Positions 1-9,760 of a DNA stretch of 64,000 bases are shown here, in pieces. A program made the translations under genes and the position numbers. Within the stretch, counting starts at the first letter, position 1, and every line of letters begins with the position of its first letter. Below the pieces are notes generated by a model, which was given only the letters and a program-made list of their open reading frames with translations, had not been told where the DNA came from and did no database searches. The DNA comes from Waterburya sp. (GTDB lineage Bacteria; Cyanobacteriota; Cyanobacteriia; Cyanobacteriales; Xenococcaceae). The stretch covers positions 128,001 to 192,000 of the forward strand of contig CBDCJV010000002.1 of assembly GCA_965217895.1 (NCBI GenBank), given 5' to 3'.

Positions 1-136
1 AGGTATTGCGGTTTCTCTGATTTGGAAATTAGGCTTAGGATTATCAGATGCAGTCTATGAAGTCTTTCCTGGTATGGCTGCGGGATTTGTTGTTTATTTG
101 ATATTTACTATGTTTAATCAACAAAAGAAAATATAA
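1..136 (+). CDS. 3' end of a membrane transporter, probably a Na+/proline (SSS family) symporter; runs off the left edge
   Basis: Frame from nt 2 reads GIAVSLIWKLGLGLSDAVYEVFPGMAAGFVVYLIFTMFNQQKKI*. It is hydrophobic, with a YE..PG motif like PutP-family C-termini. Confidence 0.55.
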   Translation, partial: GIAVSLIWKLGLGLSDAVYEVFPGMAAGFVVYLIFTMFNQQKKI

Positions 137-186
137 TTGTACTATTGAACTTAAATATAGTCAGAACCTATTAAAAACTGCGTAGA

Positions 187-378
187 ATGAAAGTCAAAAA
201 AGTCATTAAGTCTTTAGAACAGAATGGCTGGTATTTACACAAAACTAAAGGTTCACACAGACAATTCAAACACGCAACAAAAAAAGGAAAAGTTACTGTA
301 CCTGGAAAAATGTCTGATGAATTGCCCCCTGGTACTCTTAATAATATTTGGAAACAAGCTCAAATAGAAAACAACTAA
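187..378 (+). CDS. hicA: HicA family toxin (mRNA interferase)
   Basis: 63 aa, basic, with GW..KGSH.QFKH and VTVP motifs. Confidence 0.9.
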   Translation: MKVKKVIKSLEQNGWYLHKTKGSHRQFKHATKKGKVTVPGKMSDELPPGTLNNIWKQAQIENN

Positions 379-381
379 ACC

Positions 382-600
382 ATGCGTTATCCTATCATCA
401 TTGAAAAAGCGAAAAATAACTATGCAGCTTACTCTCCTGATGTTCCAGGCTGCGTTGCTACTGGTAAGACTATAGAAGAAGTTAAACAACAATATGCTGA
501 AGCTTTAGAATTTCATTTTGAAGGTTTAAGAGAAGATAACGAACCTATTCCTCAACCAAGTACGGTGTTAGATTACATTGAGCTTCCGACTTCTGCTTAA
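382..600 (+). CDS. hicB: HicB family antitoxin, short form without a DNA-binding domain
   Basis: PDVPGCVATGKTIEE motif; starts 3 bp after hicA. Confidence 0.9.
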   Translation: MRYPIIIEKAKNNYAAYSPDVPGCVATGKTIEEVKQQYAEALEFHFEGLREDNEPIPQPSTVLDYIELPTSA

Positions 601-615
601 TCTTTAAATTTTATT

Positions 616-775
616 GCGATCGCCATCATGATTTCAGGTATTGCAGTTTCTCTGGTTTGGAAATTGGGCTTAGGATTATCAGATGCAGTCTATGAAGTCT
701 TTCCAGGTATGGCTGCGGGATTTATTGTTTATTTGATATTTACTATGTTTAATCAACCAAAAAAAGTCTAATTGT
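616..775 (+). repeat. Diverged second copy of the upstream transporter gene's 3' end
   Basis: 636-775 aligns without gaps to 1-140. It reads AIAIMISGIAVSLVWKLGLGLSDAVYEVFPGMAAGFIVYLIFTMFNQPKKV* starting at the HIP1 site 616-623. Confidence 0.9.
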
Positions 776-878
776 CACCAAATGAATACAAAAGTTAGAT
801 CTGCCGAGCAAAACATATTTTTTTCCTCAGTTCATACTTACAATTAAAAGTACCTGAATGATAATTGCCAAATGTAGA

Positions 879-2438
879 TTAATCTGGGACTTCTGATGAA
901 TGCCTACTAATTGCTTTAGTCAAATAGTGAGCCAAAGTAGCTGCATCTACACCCAATTCCGAATATTCTTGCGCTGCCATAATTCCTGCCTGGGCGTGCC
1001 ACCAAGCAGCACCAGCCACAATATTAAATAAATTATTGCTTTTAATTTTTGTTCCTTGAGCGACTAAACCGCCAATCAAACCTGTTAAGACATCGCCACT
1101 GCCACCTCTAGCTAAAGCTGGAGTACTTGCGGGAATTAACCAAGTCAAACCATCAGGATTAGCGATCGCCGTTCTTGCTCCTTTTAAGAGTACTGTAGCC
1201 TGGCTTTGTTTGGCTGCTGTCGTTACTGCATTGAGGCGATCGCTTTCTGAATCATTAATCTCAGGAAACAAGCGTTTAAATTCTCCCGAATGGGGAGTTA
1301 AGACGGTGGGTGCATCTCTTTGAGTTAAAATTTCTATTGCTCCTTGTTCTGCTACAAAATTTAAACCGTCAGCATCTAAAACAAGAGGACATTCTGATTG
1401 CAATGCTTTTTCCACTACAGACTTAGCATCGCTGCTTAAACCAGGACCACAGGCGATCGCTGTAAACTGACTTAAATTAGCTGTAGAAAAAGGTAGAGAG
1501 GCGATCGCACCCTCTTTGTTTTCAGGACAGCTAACTACTAACGCTTCTGGTAAATGACTAATCAGTAAGTTTTTTAACGATTCTGGCACGGCTATAGACA
1601 GCATTCCCACTCCACTAGCTCTTGCTCCTAGGGAGGTTAAAATAGCTGCTCCTGTGTATTTGCGTGAGCCACAGATTAAGAGCAAATGTCCTTGACGATA
1701 TTTGTAGGTAACTAGAGGACGAGGAAGAGGTAAAAACTTGAGGGCGATCGCTTTGGTAATTTGCTTTACTGGTGCTGGTTGAGGCAAAACAGACCAGATA
1801 TGGTGCGGTAAAATCCCTAAATCAATTCTTTCACTATTGCCAAAATACTCCAAAGCTAAATCCTGAAAAAAAGCTCGTTTCCACAAACCCAGACAAAATG
1901 TGTGGCTGGCTTTAATAGCCGAGCCTAATACTGCTCCTGTATCGGTATGTATTCCCGAAGGCAGATCGATACTGACTATTGGTTTAGACCAACCATTGAC
2001 TGAGTTTAACGCTTCAATAATATTATCAGGCAGATCTCGTGTTAAACCAGAGCCAAACAAACCATCAACAATCAACTGGCATTTTTTTAAAGGTTGAATC
2101 TCCTCATGAAAATTAATGCCCAAACTGTTTGCATAGCTACAGTGTTGGGATGTCAATGTCTTTAACTTAAAAAATGGACGATAAATTTCGATTTGATATC
2201 CTGCCAAATATAGTTCGCGGGCAATTACCAAAGCATCTGCGCCGTTGTGTCCAGGTCCTACCAAAATTCCCACGATGCCAAACTTAGATTGAGGATATAA
2301 ACTATGGATTCTTTCAGCACAAAGTCTTGCCGCTTTTTCCATTAATGCAGCCACGGGCATACCAGCGTTAAAAACCTGTTCTTCTATTTGCTGCATCTGG
2401 GAAGCAGAGACGACAATGGTTTCGACAACATTTTTCAT
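879..2438 (-). CDS. nnr: Bifunctional NAD(P)H-hydrate epimerase/dehydratase
   Basis: YjeF_N (GPGHNGAD, VDGLFGSG, DLPSG) plus YjeF_C (GPGL, LDADGL, LTPH.GEF, GGSGDVL). Confidence 0.93.
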   Translation of the reverse strand: MKNVVETIVVSASQMQQIEEQVFNAGMPVAALMEKAARLCAERIHSLYPQSKFGIVGILVGPGHNGADALVIARELYLAGYQIEIYRPFFKLKTLTSQHCSYANSLGINFHEEIQPLKKCQLIVDGLFGSGLTRDLPDNIIEALNSVNGWSKPIVSIDLPSGIHTDTGAVLGSAIKASHTFCLGLWKRAFFQDLALEYFGNSERIDLGILPHHIWSVLPQPAPVKQITKAIALKFLPLPRPLVTYKYRQGHLLLICGSRKYTGAAILTSLGARASGVGMLSIAVPESLKNLLISHLPEALVVSCPENKEGAIASLPFSTANLSQFTAIACGPGLSSDAKSVVEKALQSECPLVLDADGLNFVAEQGAIEILTQRDAPTVLTPHSGEFKRLFPEINDSESDRLNAVTTAAKQSQATVLLKGARTAIANPDGLTWLIPASTPALARGGSGDVLTGLIGGLVAQGTKIKSNNLFNIVAGAAWWHAQAGIMAAQEYSELGVDAATLAHYLTKAISRHSSEVPD

Positions 2439-2597
2439 AGCTATCTAATCGGCACTATAGAACTTGCAAGGTATATCATCAGGTTATACCAATATCAGCT
2501 TATGACAATTATTAAAATAAGGCGTTGCTTATTTTAAACATGAATTTGCTTATAATACTTCTCGTAGCTATCAGCTATGAGCTATTAGCTTTTAGTA

Positions 2598-2659
2598 GTA
2601 GGGTGGGCAAATTCTTACAAATTGGATAGTAGTATTTAATAAAATAATTTTTGCCCACC
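2598..2659. repeat. GTAG-type REP-like palindrome
   Basis: GTAGGGTGGGCAA ... TTGCCCACC inverted arms, preceded by TAGCT-type heptamers and a GGCGTTGCT MITE-like end at 2521. Confidence 0.45.
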
Positions 2660-2738
2660 GATTTAAGACGCTTGGACAGTCAAGACTAAAAATTTGCGAC
2701 AATTATTTATATAACTGGTCTGTTTATCAACAAAAATT

Positions 2739-3413
2739 ATGTCTGCAAAGGATTTCAACATCGATATCGCTACCTACATCGATCATACGCTGCTCAAGCC
2801 TAGTGCTATTCCTGATGAGGTCAAGCAGGTTTGTCAAGAAGCCTGGCAATATAATTTTCCCTCGGTGTGTATTTATCCCATAGCGGTAAGACAGGCAAAA
2901 GAACTATTACACGATAAAAAACCTCAAGTATGTACGGTAATTGGTTTTCCAACTGGTGCTACTTCGACCGCAACCAAGCTCTATGAAGCACAAGAAGCGG
3001 TAGAAAGTGGTGCAACCGAACTAGATGTAGTAATTAACCTTGGCTGGCTAAAATCAGGAGAATCAAGCAGGGTGTACGATGAAATAGCCGAAATATGTTC
3101 CGAAACTGGTCAAGTCGTCAAAGCAATCTTAGAAACTACCGTTTTGTCTAACGCAGAAAAAAGACTAGCAGGAAAAATATGTATGGATGCGGGGGCAGCA
3201 TACCTCAAGACTAGTACAGGCTGGTTTGGTGGCGCAACGGTTGAAGATGTAGAAATACTCAAGCAAATTACCAGAGGAGAAGTGGGTATCAAAGCATCAG
3301 GAGGAATTCGTACCTACGAACAGGCGATCGCTTTAATCCACGCTGGAGCAACTCGCCTGGGTACATCTCGCGGTATAGATTTAATCCGCCAACAAAATGA
3401 ATCTGCTAAATAA
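2739..3413 (+). CDS. deoC: Deoxyribose-phosphate aldolase
   Basis: [27 protein letters not shown] and RLGTS motifs. Confidence 0.96.
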   Translation: MSAKDFNIDIATYIDHTLLKPSAIPDEVKQVCQEAWQYNFPSVCIYPIAVRQAKELLHDKKPQVCTVIGFPTGATSTATKLYEAQEAVESGATELDVVINLGWLKSGESSRVYDEIAEICSETGQVVKAILETTVLSNAEKRLAGKICMDAGAAYLKTSTGWFGGATVEDVEILKQITRGEVGIKASGGIRTYEQAIALIHAGATRLGTSRGIDLIRQQNESAK

Positions 3414-3435
3414 TTACTGATCACTAATTACTTGT

Positions 3436-3498
3436 ACTGTCACTAAATAAATTAAACTGATGACACCAAATGAAATTGTTTGTTCCAGTAAGATTGTC
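3436..3498 (+). repeat. 63-bp direct repeat, copy 1 (left island boundary)
   Basis: Matches 7433-7495 at 56/63 positions by manual alignment. Confidence 0.85.
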
Positions 3499-3617
3499 AT
3501 AATTTTTTCAATAGACCTGTCTTGAAAATAGACAATTAAGCTAAAGTTCAAAAACTTAGTTCATGGGAGTCCTCTTTTGTCACTTAAGATAGAGATTCGT
3601 CTTTAGATTTTGCAGCA

Positions 3618-4538
3618 CTACTGCAGATTGTGAGTTGTCATTAACTGAGTGCCAATATAAGTGGCTGTTACGATTAAGGTTCCTCCTATAATTGCCTGGA
3701 GTGACAACTGTTCACCCAGCAACAAAATTGCAAAAATTGCTCCAAAGACTGGCTCTGTTCCCATAAGCAAGCTGACACGGGTCGGCGTGGTCTTACGAAC
3801 CATGTGAGTCTGGATGTAAAATGGAAACAACGTACACATCACACATAAGTAAAGCGTTGCTATCCAGAATGCTGACTCAGTTGGAAAATTAAAAGAGCTT
3901 GGTTCAAATAGCAGTAAAACTAAGCCCGTCAGAACCGCAACAGTAGCAAGCTGTACAACTGTTAAAGCTCCTGAGTTCAAAGGTTTACCTTGTGTGATCT
4001 TTTTAGTAGCAGTCACCATGCAAGCACGAAGCACAGCGGCTGATAGCATCAACCAGTCGCCAACGTTAAACTGATAACCACCTTGTAATGCAAGCATTCC
4101 AGCACCAATGCAGGATAGTCCCGTAGCAGCTAGTATTCCCCATCCAGGAAATCGACGGAAGGTTAGTCCCTCGACTATAGGAGTAAAAACGACGCATAGA
4201 CTAATAAGAAAAGCCGCATTGCTTGCACTAGTATTTGCTATATCAGCTGTCTCACAGATAAAAATAAGAAACAAAATAACGCCAAGAGGCATACCTGTTT
4301 TAATAACAGCCATAGGCTGAACTGTTATCTGACTCCAAGAGCTAGGAATCATAATGAGAGTAGTCACACAAAAGCGGACAAATAGAAATGCCAGAACAGG
4401 CATATAAAGTAACGCCGTCTTGGCAACGCTATAGCTGGAACCCCAGACGATTGCAACGAACAACAAGCTCAGATCCGCAAACTCACTTCTTCCTAAAAGC
4501 TTTTTCTGTGCTTGCCGAAAGATTTTTATATTAAACAT
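3618..4538 (-). CDS. DMT/EamA family exporter
   Basis: About 10 TM segments; VWGSS..VAK, GD.L.L.AA and EPVFGA motifs. Confidence 0.88.
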   Translation of the reverse strand: MFNIKIFRQAQKKLLGRSEFADLSLLFVAIVWGSSYSVAKTALLYMPVLAFLFVRFCVTTLIMIPSSWSQITVQPMAVIKTGMPLGVILFLIFICETADIANTSASNAAFLISLCVVFTPIVEGLTFRRFPGWGILAATGLSCIGAGMLALQGGYQFNVGDWLMLSAAVLRACMVTATKKITQGKPLNSGALTVVQLATVAVLTGLVLLLFEPSSFNFPTESAFWIATLYLCVMCTLFPFYIQTHMVRKTTPTRVSLLMGTEPVFGAIFAILLLGEQLSLQAIIGGTLIVTATYIGTQLMTTHNLQ

Positions 4539-4696
4539 AAAGATTTCTAAGGTTTGGTGTTCTAATTAACCTCGTTCCTCATACCCCAATCCCGCTACAA
4601 AGCTACCGAAAATTAAATGCTGGGAATTCAACAACAATCAATACTTGAGTTAGGTCATCATAGAATGGAATAGGAGTATCAAACGTACTGACTCAT

Positions 4697-5443
4697 CTAA
4701 AGACGAGCAAACGCAATGACGAGTACGTCACGATGTCCCGCGACATTAGGCTTTGACCTCTCAATTGGGGTAACAATATGCCTAGTTCTTACATCGTCTT
4801 CTATGACGATATCAAGTGGTTCTAACAGCTGCCTTTGCCACAGTACCTTGCCTGATTCATCTGTAATAGTAGTTTCACCACCAACAACATTGTGTCTATT
4901 AATCATCAGTGTCAAAATATAGTCCACGCCGTCTCGATGCAAGCCCTCTGGAGTTGGGCAACCCACCTCTCCTTCCATAGCAAGGATACGATAGGGATGT
5001 AGTTTTATATCCCAGTCTTCTCCTAAATCTATCAGGAGATTGAATGTACTAGCACACCAAGTTAGTAGACCTCTCAAGAACTCATGGTTGATGAAGGTTG
5101 ATTCAAGTGGCTCATAATTTCGTTTAATGCCCCCATTGAGCTTATTGACAGTACTCGGCTGGGAGTAGGACTGATGCGGTTGGAGTTCCAGTCTTTTCTC
5201 TTCTGATATGTATCGAAAACTACCATATCGACGATAGCGATATACACCATTATCGCCCATGTAATTATCAAGCTCAAGGCGGTTCCAGCAATCCGAAAAC
5301 GCTTGCCAGTCTTCACTTCTATAGAAAGGTAGCCTGCTCAGTTTCCCCCCTGAACAAAACCAGTAATTGAACTGGGAGAGTGATTCTTCTAGTTCGTGGC
5401 TCAAAGCATTTTTTTGTTGTGGATAATTAACCGTTGTTTTCAT
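4697..5443 (-). CDS. 2OG-Fe(II) dioxygenase family protein
   Basis: D.YM...YRYRRYG, PTPEGLHRDGVD (HxD), distal H in RHIVTPI, and RDVLV. Confidence 0.85.
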   Translation of the reverse strand: MKTTVNYPQQKNALSHELEESLSQFNYWFCSGGKLSRLPFYRSEDWQAFSDCWNRLELDNYMGDNGVYRYRRYGSFRYISEEKRLELQPHQSYSQPSTVNKLNGGIKRNYEPLESTFINHEFLRGLLTWCASTFNLLIDLGEDWDIKLHPYRILAMEGEVGCPTPEGLHRDGVDYILTLMINRHNVVGGETTITDESGKVLWQRQLLEPLDIVIEDDVRTRHIVTPIERSKPNVAGHRDVLVIAFARL

Positions 5444-6811
5444 CGACTTACCCCACTCAGTTCACTAGTAGTTGTTACTTCCGTTTCTTGAGCGGAAGCA
5501 ATACTACGTCTGCTACGAACGAATGCGATATCTTTCTCCCAACTATCTCTATCTCTTATATATAGGGGACTATCTGCTTTGATCGAGCAAACATATGCTC
5601 CTCGAAGGTTAAGCTGATATGTAATCGTGCCACTAATCCTTTCCGATGTACTCGCAACAAACGACTCAGATGCCTTCTTAAGCTCGCCAAACCATCTTCC
5701 TTCAATAGCTTCCATCGTCCATGTCTGCTCAATTATCATCTTTTGCTTGATGACATCTGCATCCAATATGGCTGTTTCTAAATAACGATATGCCTCAATG
5801 ACGATATGCCTCTAATAGCAGAAAAGCAGCAGGCATCTCTCGGACTTCAAGCACCTTTTCACCTTGATCTAGATGCTCCAGCCCAGAATAGCGGCCTATG
5901 CCATATCGACCAGCTACGGTATTGAGTTGCTCAATAATATTAATGACGGGCAGTGCCTGTTTATTTATATGTGTCGGAACACCCTTGTCGAAACGAATTG
6001 ATAGCTCGATTGAAGGAGCTGATGAATCTGGAACACTCCACCTATATAGCGAAGCTGGAGCATAAAATGTCTCGGGGTCGTCAAAAGAACCAGATTCAAA
6101 CTCACGACACCAAAGATTTGAGTCTCCGCTGTGGGATCTTTCTTCAAACTCTTTTAAACCGACTGCTCGAAGAACTTCTGCTTTCTCTTTACGAGTGAGT
6201 GCAGTGAACTCATAAGGAGAGCCGTAATAGCCATCAAACCCCAACTGTTCAATAGCTCCATTTAGTCGTCTCAAACTATTCTGAGACTGATTTGCTGTGT
6301 GCAGGATGGCTCTGCAATCTATCGTTTTAGCTAGACGCACTGCCTCTCTTGCTATAATAGGACGACTCAGAGATGCACTAATCGGATGAACTCCCAGATA
6401 TTTAGATTGTGCAGCGATTGCAGGAAGAATAGCCTCTTTCGCAAATAATTCTTTTCGATCCAAAGAAACTAAGCGAACTTGAAACTGATCAGCAACCCTT
6501 TTTATGTGTTCGTGGTCAACATCATCTCCAAGATCTACCGTAAGAGCAATGACATTCGTATTCTTTTGTTTGTGAAGCAAATAAAGCAAATAGGTACTAT
6601 CTAGCCCTCCGCTGAACAGCGTGATAATAGCTCCCTCTTGTTCTTCTGACAAAATAGTCAGGTCTTCTACACTCCGAATTCTTTTCAACGTTTGCATACT
6701 TTTCTTTAAATGACTGGGATACGAGTTATAAATATTAAAAAAGCCAGCGAAGGATTCTTGACTATTATTGAATCTTTCTAATTGCTGAAAGCCGAGAAAT
6801 GTCGCGTTCAT
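5440..6811 (-). pseudogene. Argininosuccinate-synthase-like enzyme, frameshifted by a 16-bp tandem duplication
   Basis: PP-loop FSGGLDST, SLSRP.IA, D.NLWCREFESG, F.KGVP, GRYGIGR and REMPAA motifs. ORFs 5795-6811 and 5440-5766 fuse in frame if one of the 16-mers at 5781-5796/5797-5812 is removed. The true start may be the ATG at 6697. Confidence 0.85.
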
Positions 6812-7432
6812 CTAACTTAAGCTTTTTGCATTTATTACTAAATGTCACTATATAACAAAATATACAGAATATGTTTATCCTCTATCTTTAATTAAATCCA
6901 GACATGAATTGGTAATTTATAACACATAAATAGGGTATACATAGTAAAATTGTAATAATCACAATTATGTTTTGAATGCTTACTCTATATATATTAATCG
7001 ACAGTAATTAAAAAATTACTAATCGTATTAAATCTTGCTCTTTTTAACTATTTTATGCAAAATTGCCAATCTGAATTAGGTAAAATATGTATACTAAATT
7101 ACTTTAATTTTAAAAGTTGATAATATGAACTTATACTCTTTCTAATTGATTTTCTAATAAGTATTATATGAGTAATGAATCAAGCTATTTGCTTCTGTGC
7201 CAGAGTTGTTGTTGAGTATAATGACTATATTTTTCTGTATGACATATTGTCGTAATTTAAAAATGTAATCATAATTACATTTAAAATAATAATGAGTATT
7301 GGGTTGTTTTGTTGTTTTATTTCTTGGAAAATATTTTATTTATAGCGAACCGTGAGATGTAAATTTTCGTTGACAAACAGAGTATAAATATTCATAAATG
7401 CGATCGCAGCTCAGAGCTATTTCATTCTAAAA

Positions 7433-7495
7433 ACTGTTACTAAATAAACTAAACCGATGACACCAAATGAAATTGTTTGTTGTAGCAAAATTGTC
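7433..7495 (+). repeat. 63-bp direct repeat, copy 2
   Basis: Matches 3436-3498; HIP1 at 7400-7407 lies just upstream. Confidence 0.85.
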
Positions 7496-7540
7496 GAGTT
7501 GTCTTTGATTGTGTTCACGATTCAATCAAAGACAACTCGA
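7494..7540 (-). terminator. Strong hairpin downstream of the RTX gene
   Basis: 18-bp perfect arms TCGAGTTGTCTTTGATTG / CAATCAAAGACAACTCGA ending 3 bp from the stop codon. Confidence 0.6.
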
Positions 7541-7543
7541 TAA

Positions 7544-8455
7544 TTAGATGTAAGCTAGCTCGATTGTGCTGAGTGCTACAGCAATAATATCCGAACCATT
7601 AGCAATTACCGTATCGGAAATGCCGTCATTGTTAAAATCAGATACAGAGAGACTATAGTCGATTTCTGAAATTTGAATAGCATCTCCCTCAATTATAGAA
7701 AAGTCTTGAATCGTAGCATAATCGGTTCCCAAATAATTACTGTCTAATAAGAAAACGTCACTGCCATCTTCACCCCAGAGAATGTCGTTGCCACCTTCAC
7801 CCCAGAGAATGTCGTTGCCAGTACCGCCGACTAAATAATCGTCTCCAAGAGAGTCGTAGCCGTTACCATCACCACCGATTAAAATGTCGTTGCCACCTTC
7901 ACCCCACAAAGTGTCGTCGCCGATACCGCCGGTTAAATAATCGTCCCCAAGAGAATTATCCTCCGTGCCATTACCTCCGAGCAAAATGTCATTACCACCT
8001 TCGCCACTAAGAGTATCATTACCATCCCCACCCCATAAGGAGTCGTTTCCAAGATAGTCGTAGCCGTCACCATCACCACCAAAAATAAGGTCGTTACCGG
8101 TTTGCCCCATCAGGGAATCGCTGTCATAACCACCGACCAAAGAATCATTACCCCCTTCACCCCACAAACTGTCGTTGCCAGTATCGCCGATTAAATAATC
8201 GTCCCCAAGAGAATTATCTTCCGTGCCATTGTCCCCGACTAAAATGTCATTACCACCTTCACCACTAAGAGTATCATTACCATCCCCACCCCATAAGGAG
8301 TCGTTTCCAAGATCGTAGCCGTAACCATCACCACCAAAAAGAAAGTCGTTGCCTGCTTGACCTAATAAGATATCGTTGTCGCTGTAACCATAAACAGTAT
8401 CATTTTCAGTTCCGCCTACTAAATAATCAGCGTTTTGAGTACCATTTAGTAACAT
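7544..8455 (-). CDS. RTX (hemolysin-type) Ca-binding repeat protein
   Basis: Many GGxGxDxL nonapeptides; an internal block duplicated at 258 bp spacing; C-terminal D.ATIQDF motif. Confidence 0.9.
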   Translation of the reverse strand: MLLNGTQNADYLVGGTENDTVYGYSDNDILLGQAGNDFLFGGDGYGYDLGNDSLWGGDGNDTLSGEGGNDILVGDNGTEDNSLGDDYLIGDTGNDSLWGEGGNDSLVGGYDSDSLMGQTGNDLIFGGDGDGYDYLGNDSLWGGDGNDTLSGEGGNDILLGGNGTEDNSLGDDYLTGGIGDDTLWGEGGNDILIGGDGNGYDSLGDDYLVGGTGNDILWGEGGNDILWGEDGSDVFLLDSNYLGTDYATIQDFSIIEGDAIQISEIDYSLSVSDFNNDGISDTVIANGSDIIAVALSTIELAYI

Positions 8456-8874
8456 TTCAACTTCTCCATTTTATTTGTTAATATCCTGGAATATAAATAT
8501 ACTTCAAAAAGCCAATGGTTTAATATTAATTTTTTATAAATAATTAAGAGAGTTGTGTTTTTATTAAATTTTTTCTTTTGCAAATAAATTATCGATTGAA
8601 ACCTAATAAGAAAAGTATCAATTTTTGAAAAACTCTTGTTTTTCTGCTTGATTGTTTACCTTTTATCTAGCGTCAGTTGAAGAAATAATATTTGTCGAAA
8701 TGGAATTTTTTCTTGTACCGCTATCTATCTTTTCCTGTTTTATTTTCTAAAATTGAGTTTGAGAAGATTTAGGAAATCAACCTGTTTTTTTAATTACTAA
8801 TTAATATAATTTAGTTAAAAGCTAAGAGCTAAAACAGTTGAACTTCAGCGAAGCCAATTCACTTTAGGCATAAA

Positions 8875-9738
8875 ATGAATCAAAAATATAAAGCCACGGG
8901 AATTATCTTGAAAGGTTCGTCCATCAAAGAAAACGATCGCCTGGTGACAGTGTTAACGCCAGAGTATGGTTTAATTCGGGCTGTTGCTCCTGGGGCAAAA
9001 AAGCTAAAATCTAGCTTAAGAGGCAGAACAGAGCTATTTGTAGTTAATGAACTATTGATTATTAAAGGGCGATCGCTTGATAAAATTATTCAGGCTGATA
9101 CTCAGTATACTTATCCTGGTTTGAGTCGAGATATTGGCAAGCTGGCTGCTGCTCAATATTTGGCAGAGCTAACTATATTTTTGGCAGTGGATGAACAACC
9201 TCAACCAGAACTATACGAATTATTAAATGAACATTTACGACGACTAGAGAAGTTCCCAATCGGTGAATCAGTTTATCCTTATTTAGCTCAAGGAGTATTT
9301 CATTTAATTGCGATCGCTGGTTTAAGTCCCCAAGTATTTGACTGCTGTTTGACACAACGACTTATTACTCCCGATTTAGATTCTGCTCAATGGCGGATAG
9401 GCTTTAGTTTTGAAGCTGGGGGAATTGTCGATTTAAGGGCATTGAAATTAGGACAAAATAAAAAAACAAATGAACATGATGATGAGTCAGAAAATTACAC
9501 TAGTCGTCTGCCCAAAATAGACCACCGAGTAAATAGTTTAGAGTTATCTTTGTTACAGCAGCTTAATCATCACCAACTACCTCCCGCAGCAAAATTTACT
9601 GCCGAGCAATTAAATAATTTTGATTTGCATACAGCATGGATCAGAGTTGAAAAAATTCTGCGAGAATATATTCAATACCATATTGGTAGAACTATTCGTT
9701 CGGCTAATCTAGTAGATAACTTATACGTAGAGTTCTAA
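8875..9738 (+). CDS. recO: DNA repair protein RecO
   Basis: GIILK...ENDRLVTVLTPEYGLIRAVAPGA N-terminal OB fold. Confidence 0.93.
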   Translation: MNQKYKATGIILKGSSIKENDRLVTVLTPEYGLIRAVAPGAKKLKSSLRGRTELFVVNELLIIKGRSLDKIIQADTQYTYPGLSRDIGKLAAAQYLAELTIFLAVDEQPQPELYELLNEHLRRLEKFPIGESVYPYLAQGVFHLIAIAGLSPQVFDCCLTQRLITPDLDSAQWRIGFSFEAGGIVDLRALKLGQNKKTNEHDDESENYTSRLPKIDHRVNSLELSLLQQLNHHQLPPAAKFTAEQLNNFDLHTAWIRVEKILREYIQYHIGRTIRSANLVDNLYVEF

Positions 9739-9760
9739 AACAAACTTAGCACTACTCACA

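Noticed and set aside
253..492. Antisense and overlapping short ORFs throughout the track (e.g. 253-492, 10666-11100, 18435-18794, 50419-50811)
   Set aside because: They are shadows of well-supported genes on the opposite strand or in another frame.
3432..3500. TGTACTGTCACTAAATA resembles a Tn7/CAST transposon end
   Set aside because: The partner copy is direct rather than inverted, there is no clear array of TnsB sites, and no tns or cas genes are in the window.
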